DNA of 64,000 nt from Giardia intestinalis (Eukaryota). Under the pieces are notes generated by a model, which did not search any database, was not told the origin of the DNA, and saw only the letters and a list, made by a program, of their open reading frames with translations. Where the stretch lies: NCBI GenBank assembly GCA_000002435.2, contig CM018791.1; one strand, given 5' to 3'. Positions 21,176 to 31,178 of this stretch are shown here, in pieces. The position numbers were made by a program, and so were the translations under genes. Numbering within the stretch: position 1 is the stretch's first letter; each line of letters starts with the position of its first letter.

Positions 21176-21969
21176 TTACACACGTTGATCCCCCTGCTGG
21201 TACCCGCGGCTATGAGATCGAGCGAGCGGCAATTAATATCGTTGCACTAAAAACAGATAGAAGGGGTGCTTTATTTTTGACTGATGAGTCGCTTATCTAT
21301 CACGGTAATAACTTCAGCTTCCATGTTCCTCTCCGTGATATAACACTCCACGAAGCGTCAGCAGGGATCTTTGAGTCGCCGTTCATTAAGTTGACCTTCC
21401 AAATCCCCAGTAAAGATATGGCGGGTACGATCAAGTTCAATTTCAAGAGTAGATCCTTTGATACCTTTGTATCCGTGTTTCCTGTCATGTATGCAAAAGC
21501 TCGTCAAGAGGCGCTTCAAGCACCAAAGCCGCCAGCAGCACCGAATTATGCTATGGGTAACGCTGATACCATCAGAGAGAGAGAAGCTCCTAATGCTTTG
21601 CCGCCGCCACCAAGTAATCCACCAAGTAATGTGCCCCCATACCCTGGGCTCCCTGCTAACATAGACACTATGGAGACACTTAGAAGTTTGACGAAGGTAC
21701 GACCATATTCACATCTGCAGCAACAGCAACAGCAACAACAGCAGCAAGTGCAGCAGCAACCATATGTAACAACTGTCACCGCACTAGAAGCACCAGTAGC
21801 AATAATTGAACAGGAAAACCGCCCTCTTTTAGAAGAGGACAGCCAGGCCTTCCGTACAGTGTATGAATCTACGTGGGGAGTAGTGTACAACAAGGATTTC
21901 GACCCGAAAAATGCTTCAAAGGAGGATCAGCTGGGAATAACACAGTGTCTGCGCCCGGCCATGGACTAG
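21169..21969 (+). CDS. WBP2-like GRAM-domain protein with Pro-rich and poly-Gln segment
   Basis: 266 aa. The N-terminus (LFLTDESLIYHGNNFSFHVPLRDI...KLTFQIP...GTIKFNF) resembles the WBP2 GRAM fold. It has a Pro-rich PPYPG region and a (CAG/CAA)n poly-Q tract. Confidence 0.4.
   Translation: MSFTHVDPPAGTRGYEIERAAINIVALKTDRRGALFLTDESLIYHGNNFSFHVPLRDITLHEASAGIFESPFIKLTFQIPSKDMAGTIKFNFKSRSFDTFVSVFPVMYAKARQEALQAPKPPAAPNYAMGNADTIREREAPNALPPPPSNPPSNVPPYPGLPANIDTMETLRSLTKVRPYSHLQQQQQQQQQQVQQQPYVTTVTALEAPVAIIEQENRPLLEEDSQAFRTVYESTWGVVYNKDFDPKNASKEDQLGITQCLRPAMD
21718..21760 (+). repeat. CAG/CAA trinucleotide run encoding poly-Gln inside the WBP2-like gene
   Basis: About 14 consecutive Gln codons (cagcaacagcaa...), visible directly. 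Confidence 0.8.
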
Positions 21970-22000
21970 TTACCCACTGCCATCGATAATCTGGCAGGAG

Positions 22001-22816
22001 CTATTGCTTGTCGGATGGTATGTACGCCAAGAAAAAGTAATTGTGAGCGTCCTCAAAGCGGCACGCTATCTCTGTTTTGAATAGCACCATAGACGTTTTG
22101 GAAGTGAACTTCTTTGGGTCAAACGAGGTGTTGTGCGCAAACAGCGGGACACAACCATGGCGGAGGCAGTAGCGGGTGACGGCCTCCATTATGTCTTTGT
22201 CGTATCCGTGCCGCCTATACCCATGGTCAAAGGTCACGAGCACTTCAACACATGGTGTATCTGGAGAGAGCTCAATTAGTGCTGGAGTAATGTCCTTGCC
22301 AGCGAGTGGGGCTCCTGACCCAGCAGTGCTCTCGGATAGAGGCGTGTCCGGTGGCTTAGAAAAGACGGCGCTATTAGCAACTTCTTGAGGTGGGTCACAA
22401 TTGGAGAACGGCACCTCCGAGAGAACAAGACCCATGGGGTGGAAGGAAAGGATACCTACCGGCTCAAAGGTCTCTATCTCCGCAATCATGAAGAGGAACG
22501 TAAGCGATATGGACTTGTAGGAAGAAAGAACAGTTAAGAAAAATTCGTTAAGAAGTTCTGGCGTATTCTTGTCAGATACCGGGAACCCTATGCGCCGTCG
22601 AAGATATTTGCTTCGGAATGTGCTGATAAATGTGCATAGGTCTTGAGATATTAGAGGCCGAACAAACACGTGGTTGGCTAGTATAACGCTGGGAAATGGC
22701 ATAGACATTTTCTCCGCGTTCTGCATACTCCTGTAGGACACCGTTATGTCGTATCGCCCGTCATATTCTTGTCCATCTTTAAGCATTTTAAATTTAAAAG
22801 GAAAGACTTCGAGCAC
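22001..22816 (-). CDS. hypothetical protein, possible GNAT-type N-acetyltransferase
   Basis: 271 aa. VLVTFDHGYRRHGYDKDIMEAV resembles GNAT motif A (R-x-x-G-x-G). The match is weak. Confidence 0.3.
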   Translation of the reverse strand: MLEVFPFKFKMLKDGQEYDGRYDITVSYRSMQNAEKMSMPFPSVILANHVFVRPLISQDLCTFISTFRSKYLRRRIGFPVSDKNTPELLNEFFLTVLSSYKSISLTFLFMIAEIETFEPVGILSFHPMGLVLSEVPFSNCDPPQEVANSAVFSKPPDTPLSESTAGSGAPLAGKDITPALIELSPDTPCVEVLVTFDHGYRRHGYDKDIMEAVTRYCLRHGCVPLFAHNTSFDPKKFTSKTSMVLFKTEIACRFEDAHNYFFLAYIPSDKQ

Positions 22817-22818
22817 GA

Positions 22819-23631
22819 TTGCATAGGATGCTATTGTCCCCCGCTGCCTTTGACATTGCCCAGGTTCAGCGTTTGGGTAGGCTCTTTGTCAACGTTCAGC
22901 GGCGTGTTCAGCAGACAGCCACAGGTCTCACTACAGCGAACAGCAATATGCCGTATCTTTTAATTATGAACCTGCTTGATACCTTACGAAAAAGCTGCAC
23001 CACGGGTGAGTGTCATTACTATGTTGTTCCGTTGTATTCTTCAAACATGAACAGCAGAGTGACGTTTCTTTCCTGCAACAACGCTATCCATTCTGACACA
23101 TCTGATGAGTCCATCCGACACACACTAACCCTCCACTTATTCGGGTCTCAAGCGTGCTCCTCAGGATTTTTCCATACCGGCCTTCTAGTTCTAGAAGCGG
23201 ACCCTATTGACAGCACCTTCTACACAGAAGTTGATGTCTTAGCATCCACTGTTTTGCATGCGGATTCAGTAATTTATATAGCGGATTTGCCTATGAGTGC
23301 CCGCTTTGCGTCTAGTCAGTTAGAGGAAGACTTTTGTGTTCGCTCTATGCTGGGCAAAGTCCCTGGTGTGCTGGCGCTGGAAGGCCATGAGAAGCTGTCT
23401 ATTAAGGAGCTACGCGACGCATTCAAGGATATAGTAGAAGATGCCGTTGCAGATATTCTTTCAGGATTGCTCGAGTATGAACCTGAATCCTCTAACAAGA
23501 CTACACAGGCTCTTACGTCCTTTGTACTAATTTATGTACCAGTCACTTGCACCATCTTGGATGAGTGCTACTTAAAAAGTATGTCTCTGCATTTGCATAA
23601 GCTTTCAGAGCTATTAGCTTTTACTACCTAA
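22819..23631 (+). CDS. hypothetical protein
   Basis: 270-aa ORF with no recognisable domain. Confidence 0.4.
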   Translation: MHRMLLSPAAFDIAQVQRLGRLFVNVQRRVQQTATGLTTANSNMPYLLIMNLLDTLRKSCTTGECHYYVVPLYSSNMNSRVTFLSCNNAIHSDTSDESIRHTLTLHLFGSQACSSGFFHTGLLVLEADPIDSTFYTEVDVLASTVLHADSVIYIADLPMSARFASSQLEEDFCVRSMLGKVPGVLALEGHEKLSIKELRDAFKDIVEDAVADILSGLLEYEPESSNKTTQALTSFVLIYVPVTCTILDECYLKSMSLHLHKLSELLAFTT

Positions 23632-24172
23632 CTCACGATTTGTTCCATCAACCGATCGCTTCTAGTTCTTAATGTTAATAAGTTCCTATTTACAAATTAG
23701 AACCGAGAGTCGTATAAACAAATTATCTTGTTACCTAGCTGTGTTTAGCGGTACTACACTTAGGGACTATCATCTACAGACAGCGCAGATCTGCTCCAGC
23801 AGGTCTTCCATGCCATCTTCAGCAGATGAGGCGGCTACAGTGAGAGGCTTGACGAGGCTAATCAAACAGGTCTTGAGAGTCAATCCCCTGGAGTAGTTGA
23901 GAGAGGAAGAGCCATTGGCCACCTGAGATTCAAAAGGCCTTGAGGCCATAGGTAGGATGAGCAACCGTACGGCAGTAGTGACATATGTATCAGCTAAGCA
24001 CAACTGCCTATCTGGAGACTCTAACACACAGGACACGAGGTGAGCCCAGAGGAGAGATCCTTGACGTTCCCAGATTCACCCTCGGGGAACTCTATGAGAG
24101 GCTGGATAGCGTGCTTAGCGAAGGCATCATGGGCATAGTCTGATCCCTCAAAGGCTATCCGAGCCTTGCCGT

Positions 24173-27100
24173 GGAGGAGATCCAGCTCGACGGTCTGGGT
24201 CAGCACGGTGTAGATGCCATCAAGCTCGAGCTGGCCGCTCTTCTTAACCTCCCACCCAGACGTTCTCAGACACCACCAGGTGCTTACGGACGAGGGCTTC
24301 ACCTACATTGTCATAGACCGCCACGACAGTACCCTCGAGCGCCCCCTCGCCAAGCACAAACGAGGGAGGATCCCCGTCCCTATCACTATGATCCTCTCTG
24401 TCATGAAGCAGGTCGCTGCCGCCCTCGCCTACCTCCACGGCCTCAGTGGGGCAAACACTAGAGGCCTCGTCCACTGCGACCTCAGGCCTGCCAACGTCCT
24501 TATCAGCGCAGATGGTGAGTACTTCATCATCGCTGGCCTCGAACTCTGCAAGGACGCCCTGTGGAGTGAGAGCACCATTGCAGGCATGGCAGCGTACATG
24601 GCCCCCGAGGTGCTCCTCCACAACGAGCCCAGCCCCGCCTCTGACGTGTGGAGCCTCGGGGTCATCGTCTACGAGATGGCCACTCTAAGGAAACCGGACT
24701 TCCTGAAAGGTAAGGAGCCAGCAGAGGTCTTCGTCGATGAGTGGAGGCCGGACCTGAGCGGTGTCACTGATGGCTTCATACAGAATGTTCTGGAGAGGAT
24801 CTTTGTATTGGAGCCAGAGAGGAGGCCGACAGCCAGTGAGCTGCATGAGACACTCACTGCGGCTGACATCCCAGTTGGTGAGCTGGGGGGTCAGTGCGTG
24901 ATGCTGAAGTACAAGTGCGGATCCTTGGAGGCTGCGCTGAATGGCGCTAACGCCAGGATCGCGCTGCTGGAAGAGGAGGTTAAGACTAAATCCACTAAGA
25001 TCGACGCACTTGAAGACCAAAGTAAGGAGCACCTAGTCATGATTAAGGCACTGGAGAATAGGCTTGCACAGTTCGGTGACAGGATGAACACGGCTGGCCC
25101 TCAGTCCAGCCTCTTTTTGTTGCCCAGGCTGATGCGTGCTGCGCATACGAACGGCATGGAGACCGTCCGGATGCTGCTTGAAGAAAGACTCGGTGTTGGT
25201 CAGCGTGACGCACAGGGGATGACGGCCCTCATGCACGCGGGCCAGCAGGGGCATGTTGATCCCGTCGAATTGCTTGTTGGGGAGGAGAATGGCCTCCGGG
25301 ACAAGAGCGGCTGGACTGCGCTCATGCACGCCGTACACAACAACCATCCTGAGGTAGCCAAGATTATTGCCCCCTACAAGCATAGGAAGAGGAATAGGGA
25401 CAGCCGGACTGCTCTGATGATGGCCGCAGAAGAGGAGTATGCAGAGATTGTTTCCCTTCTGGCCCCACATAAGACTGACAGTGAACGCAACACAAGCTTG
25501 ATGAATGCTGCAACTAACTCGCCTGCAAAAACTGTTGAGGTGATGGTTGGGCATGAATATGGTTTTGGAGACTCGCATGGCCGTGCCGCTTTGATAATAG
25601 CAGCGTAGGAGGGAAATCTTAAGACGCTCAGAGCCCTCATTGAGTACGAGAAGGGGCTGAAGGATAATAATGGTTGCACTGCCCTCGTCCACGCAGTTCG
25701 AGTTGGTCACCGGGATGTTGCAAAGCTTCTCATGATACAAGAGAAGGACGCCGCTGGCTGGACAATGCCCATGTACACCGCAGCACTCGAAGACACGGAC
25801 ATGGTGTCCCAACACCTCGATGAAAAGGATCAGAGGGACAAGCAAGGCCAGACAGCCCTCATCATCGCTGCCCAGAACGGAAGGGGCGAGACGGTGAAGC
25901 TTCTGATGAAGCATGAGAATGGTGTCCCTGGCTTGATAAGCCTTATCTGCTCAGCGTGTCTTGGCGACGTCTATGCAGTCAAGAGCAGTATCCACGAGAA
26001 GGGGCATGCAGACATCATTGGGATGACGGCATTCATGTGGGCTGCATACCAGGGCCATCAGGGAGCAGTGGAGATCCTCCTCGAACACAAGAAAGGGATG
26101 GAGGACAAGGACGGGAACACAGCCTCCGCGTACACCCTCATGAACAAGCATACAAGCATAGCCATATTTCTTCGCGAGCATGAGGCTCCCTGTGGACCCC
26201 TTTCATGTGTGCATCCTTCACTGAAGAAATTGGCATGGTGAGGAAGCACTTTTCTGAAACGAAAAAAGAAACAATGATGATAAGACTGTGCTAACAACGC
26301 TGCAAAAACAAGATATGAAGATGTTATGGAATTCGTCGATTCAATCAATAACAAGGGTGTCATACGCTCATGTGAGCCGCCGACAGAAATGGCCCAGCAG
26401 CTGTGAAGGAGCTTGCTTCGCTTCAGGCAGGCAGAAGGCGTCATGATACCTCAATATAGACAACTGGATTATATACAAGGGAACTACGCTGATAAGAGCA
26501 GCGGCGTGTGACCATACAGAAGTGACGAGATTGCTCCTGGAGAAGGAGGGAAGTGTGCAGAATAATCGCAGTAAGACAATCCTCATGCTAACAATACGTA
26601 ACGATCAGATAGAGTGCGCGAGACTCCTTGCAGAGAAGGAGAGTGATATAAGTAAGGGCACACTCTTAGGCATAGCCAGACAGAGAGGCAATGAAGGCCC
26701 TCTTCTTGGAGTAGCCAAAGTAAACAGTGAATATCTCTACATCAGATCTCCACACAGGTAATAGCCTCTGCCTTTGAAGACACATGCACAGATACTACCA
26801 TCTTCATATCATGATGACTGTAGCGCAGATCTCGGCAGTAGTAGCCGCTACTCCATGCTCCAGGGTTCTGTGCTGCTGGGGTCTATCTTGGCTTTGTTTA
26901 AAGATCTCACAAGCAAGCTTCCCTCAGTTCCTAGCCATCCCCAGAGATGAAGGGTAATCGCGGATAGCATAGTGAAAGATTTCCCTCTATCAGTACTCCA
27001 GAGCCTGGCGCCCCCTTCGATCGCTCAACGGGCGTGTGCTCAGGCCGAATGTGCTTCCAGAAGTGCTCGCACGCCAGTCTGTCCAGGCTCCGACCTTCTC

Positions 27101-27844
27101 ACGGCCTCGTGTGGTCCCTAGCGGCGACCTCCTCTTTGGTCCTGCTTCATAGCGGGCGAGGGCGGGTCTTTGCGTTCGTTTTACAATGCATCCATCTGTC
27201 ACGACGGCAGTAACCATTGAGGCTCTGGCTCCATTGATGGTCCTGATGCAGCGAGAGTCTATCCTGGCAATATGGAGTGGGCGGGGCTGTGGGTCTGTGG
27301 CTCGCTATGAGGGGGCGTCGTTATTTATCTTTGGCCGTTGCTTCTTCTATGAACGGGTAGGCCCTCTATCGCCGTGGCCCTTTGGGACTGATGATGGTTG
27401 CTTCTGTTGCCCCTCGGTGTCTGATCAGTCCGTGGTTCTGGGCCAGCGCTCCTTCTCAGTCGCAGTCATTCTGGTTCCATAGTGGGTCCGCTTGGTGGTT
27501 GGAAATAGGCTGACAGGGGGCAGTTGCTGGGTACTCATCAGCTGCCACATGGACAGCAAGAGCCAGGCAGAACTCTCGGTGCCCGCTGGTGCCATGGACT
27601 GGACTGAATGGGTGGTGTCCGCCTGTGCCCCTGTCTTCTCGCTGTGGTGTCTATCTGGTCGCTGGATAGCACCCACGCCCACCGCCTTGCACTTGTGACG
27701 GGCTCTGCTCTGGTCGCCGGGCTGGTCTGATCTCCAGCTTGCGTTGCACTCCCCGAGACACGGAGGCAACGATTGCACGGGGCCCCTGGTTGTCCCTCTG
27801 CACCAGTGGAGGAGAGCCCTTGTCTGTTGTCTACGATCAGCCCA
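24173..27844. repeat. left arm of a 3.67-kb inverted repeat (partner 33479-37150)
   Basis: Mirror-image identical ORF translations (24214..25608+ equals 35715..37109-, and others). Coordinates sum to 61323 throughout. Direct comparison of the ends shows one mismatch near 27799. The inner edge frays to about 85% identity for roughly 55 bp (27845-27900). Confidence 0.95.
24214..26241 (+). pseudogene. NEK-family kinase + ankyrin-repeat gene fragment (copy 1). The N-terminus is truncated and there is an in-frame TAG. Frameshifted ankyrin remnants extend downstream to about 26761.
   Basis: The kinase homology begins at subdomain IV-V (HPDVL..IVIDRH). It continues through HCDLRPANVLI, YMAPE and DVWSLGVIVYEMAT. 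The Gly-loop and VAIK are absent, and a TAG precedes the ATG. An in-frame TAG at 25606-25608 splits a 676-codon frame that continues into ankyrin repeats. Further ankyrin-like sequence (26450-26761) lies in a different frame. Confidence 0.7.
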
Positions 27845-27849
27845 TCCTC

Positions 27850-30800
27850 AGAGAGCCTGGCCTGGGCGGGCTGCCGTGCGGCTTCTGAGTGTGCCCCAGG
27901 CGAGTTCAGCAGCACAGCCCTAGAGGTGGCCGGGTGGAGTGAATCACTCGAGGGATGCACGTAAGGAGCGCACAGGTCCGGGGGCGCCCGAACAGGCTCA
28001 GCCCTCGCACCGGCTCCTCCCCGGTCGCCTCAGTCGCGGCGCCACCGAGAAGACGCGTGCCCCGTCCGACGACCCGGCACACGGACCGACGGCTGGCGGA
28101 TCGCATGGCAAGGTGGAATAAAAAGTTTGGAACATTGGCGCTCGCGTGGATCGGGATGCAGCATTCTCCAGGCTGGGAGGCTGTGCGCGCGGGCATTACC
28201 TCTAGCATGTTCCTCACCACGGCCCCAGGCTGATGGGCGGCCGAGGCCTTGTCAGCGTCACGCACGCCTCTTGCCGGCATTGGGCCGCCCGGGATCGTAC
28301 ATAGGCGGGGCTGCAGAGGCCTTCCGCGGCTCCTGCGGGCAGTCGCCTGCTGCGGAGAGCACGCCCAGCTTGGGAGCTCCTCGGGATCACCGTGCAGGTC
28401 ATCGAGACCGGTTCGACGGGCCCCACGTTAAAGGAGGCGCACGGGCCGGCGAGCGTGCCGTCTTTGCAGGCAGGCTCTCGCTGGCCGGGGTGGCGGGGCT
28501 CTCCTGTAGCCCTCCACCGGGAACGCCCTATCTACTGGCAGCGGTTCCACGGTTGCAACGCTACAGGGGCGGGCTGCAGCTCTTCCGCAGGATCTCGTCG
28601 GACAGGCAGTTGGCGTAATCTCACGTGCACTCACCAGGGGCTCCTCGCCCTCGTAGAATAGCACCCCGCACGCCCCAAAGCCAAATCGAAATGCAGCAGG
28701 TGCAGTCGACTCTTCTCGGGTTGTGGCGCTGATCCAATCAGACGCCGCGGCACGCCCCGAGCAGGCTTCATCCAGCAGCGGGTGCTCTAGCCGCGCCCCT
28801 GAGGCAAGTCTGCTTCTGACCCCGTCCCTGTGCCGACCCCAGCGAGCCCCCGACGGCGCCGGAGAAGGAGCGCCTTGCGGAGCCCCTTACTGGCCCCTCG
28901 GTGCAGGAGGATCCCCGGATTACCGATTTGCGTGCAGCAGCGGGCTGGGATGAAGCCGTGGGCACCGATGCCGGGGCACTAGCCACGGAGACAGCAGCGT
29001 TAGTAGCCAGACGAACCTCTATTTCACCCTATGGTTTTTGGGGTCCCAAGTTAGCGCCCCCGGAGCAGCACCGGCTGTACACTGTTCACTGCACTCGGTC
29101 GGCCGGATAGTGTGGCAGCTACGGCTACTCTAATTACGGCGCTTGATGTGTTTACTGCTGGGGAGGCGTTGCTCTCCGCTCTACGGGGTGGCAGGATTGC
29201 TCTCACGTGCACGGTAGTACCAGTGGACGCCCCTCAGCTGCCGGGCCGGAGCGGCTCTTGGATGGGTGATTCTATCCTCCTCCGTGCAGGCGCCCCTCGG
29301 GGCCCAGTAGACGTGCGTTGCTGTGTCCCGCAGCCTGGATCCTTGCCTTCAGACGCCAGCACGGAACTCTCTAAACTTGTCCTCCTGCGGCGTCCTATGC
29401 TGCTATGCGCACTTCGTTTTCAGTAAGCCCTTAAGGTCGCAGTCCAGGACTACCGGCCCCCGCATCATCGGATATGGTTGCTGACTGCGGCCGCTTACGC
29501 AGTCGCAGCTGGTTCCGCACTGGCCCTGTATCGGTAGCCTCGGGCCTGCATCGCCGGTGTGCGGCCCACTTCGCTCTGCGGGTGTACCACGTATAGTTAC
29601 CGGCCTCGGATTTGGTGCACCGCTGGGGCAGATAATAGCAGCAGCAATCCTGCAGCCCCGTGTGGTCGTCTGGCAGTGGATGCGAAGGTTTGCAGGTGGG
29701 AGTGGAGTCTTGGGGCTGCTCTTATCCACGTCACCGGGCGCCGTGGTCAAGGGCTCTGAAGGCATACCCAGCCCTCCGCTGGACGAGGATCGTTGGGCTG
29801 CTCAGAGCCCTGCAAGCTGCGTCCAGGCTGGTATTAGGTGGCCCAATGGCGTAGCAGTGGGAGCTGTGAGGCGAGACCTGCCGTGCACCGAGCGTCGGAC
29901 CATTGCTACACCGACTCCCCAAAGGGACACACTCAGCCCTGAGCCGGATGCCCACTTGTACTGTGGAATGAGCGCCTTGCATGCTTGCCGTGAGCAGCTA
30001 TCCAAGGCTCGAGGTTAGCGGGCGGGCCCCAGCTATCGCCCTCCATTATCTCAGCCGGCTAGCAAAGAACACTTCTCGAGGCAGCTCCCGACTGGAGGAC
30101 GAGTGGATCTCAGCCGCCGGCACAGAACTCCCCTTCTCCGGGGACGTGATCCTCGGGCCTGTGTGGCTCACGATCTCCATCCCTCCTTTGGGGCGGGCTG
30201 ACTGTAGCCCTTCCGTATCATGGCTAGTGCTCTCTGAAGCTCTGATGACGCGCGGCTGTGTCTTACACGTGTCGTTACAGTGGGACCCGCGCCTGCCCGC
30301 CCTTGCGTCGCTTACGGTGTAACCAGGGGCGACCGGGCACGCTCCTATCGGCACATGGCGCCCTCCGTTGTGCTGGCTCCTGACGGCAGGCCACTCTACC
30401 GGGTCTGGTACTGCAAGGACCACCTATAGCGGGGGCAGGTGCGTCTACGCATCACCTCTGCGCTGTAGACAGTAGACGGCACGCCATCAGTTAGCACAAG
30501 ATCCGGTCCGCGTCTTCTCCGGCTCTGTATCCATCAGGCTGTGCTACCATTACTATAGCCGCCCTATGACAGAACTAGGCCTTGCTTCGCAGAAATCCAA
30601 AAACAAGGGTCGCAGATCGGGCGGCACGGGTCGCCCTCGGGCTAATCCACCGCTGCAGCACGGCCACTGCGGGCACGTCCAGGTGGCCATGGAGCTGGGG
30701 GCGGCCTCGGTCGAGGATCATCGCTCGACGCGCCTCTCCTGCAGCGGCCAGGGCGTCCCGGCCGGTCTCGGGCGAGGAGGACGCTATTGAGGCACGGAGA

Positions 30801-31150
30801 AGTACGGTGGCCCACAGGGTTCGGCGGGGGGCCGGATCGCGCAGAGCTGGTCGAGGAGACTAGAGCGCCAGCCAGGCCGGGGCGCCGCCGGGGGAGCCTG
30901 GCGCGAATCCCGATCACGGCGGGAACACCCTCGCACCGATTGGGGACAACACAAGGGCAGGCCACGTAGGAGGCCGTCTTGATTCTCCGCTTTACCCCAG
31001 GACGCATCTGAGCTGCCCACTCGCGCTCTGGTCTGCAGGCAATCAGGGTCTACGGCCGGCACCGGATTACGCTCTTTGGGTCTCCGACATAAATCTAACA
31101 AATGCATTATTTTATCAACCAAAAAATGATCACTGGCGAAATTATGTTCG
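27850..31150. other. GC-rich (about 60-65% GC) ORF-free island in the inverted-repeat spacer
   Basis: Only short ORFs (163 codons or fewer) overlap on all six frames despite a stop-poor composition. No CXXC, kinase or other protein signature was found. No rRNA signature motifs were recognised. Confidence 0.5.
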
Positions 31151-31178
31151 CACACCGGCATAATCCAAAAAGAATTTA

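Noticed and set aside
27850-31150. Possibility that the GC island is an rRNA gene
   Set aside because: No recognisable universally conserved SSU/LSU core motifs were spotted. The sequence also lacks the extreme GC content of Giardia rRNA. It remains worth a BLAST check (see findings).
27900-31161. Dozens of 60-163-aa ORFs in all six frames across the GC-rich island
   Set aside because: They overlap one another in every frame, have Arg/Ala/Pro/Gly-rich compositions typical of translated GC-rich DNA, and carry no domain signatures. Stop-poor sequence generates such ORFs by chance.
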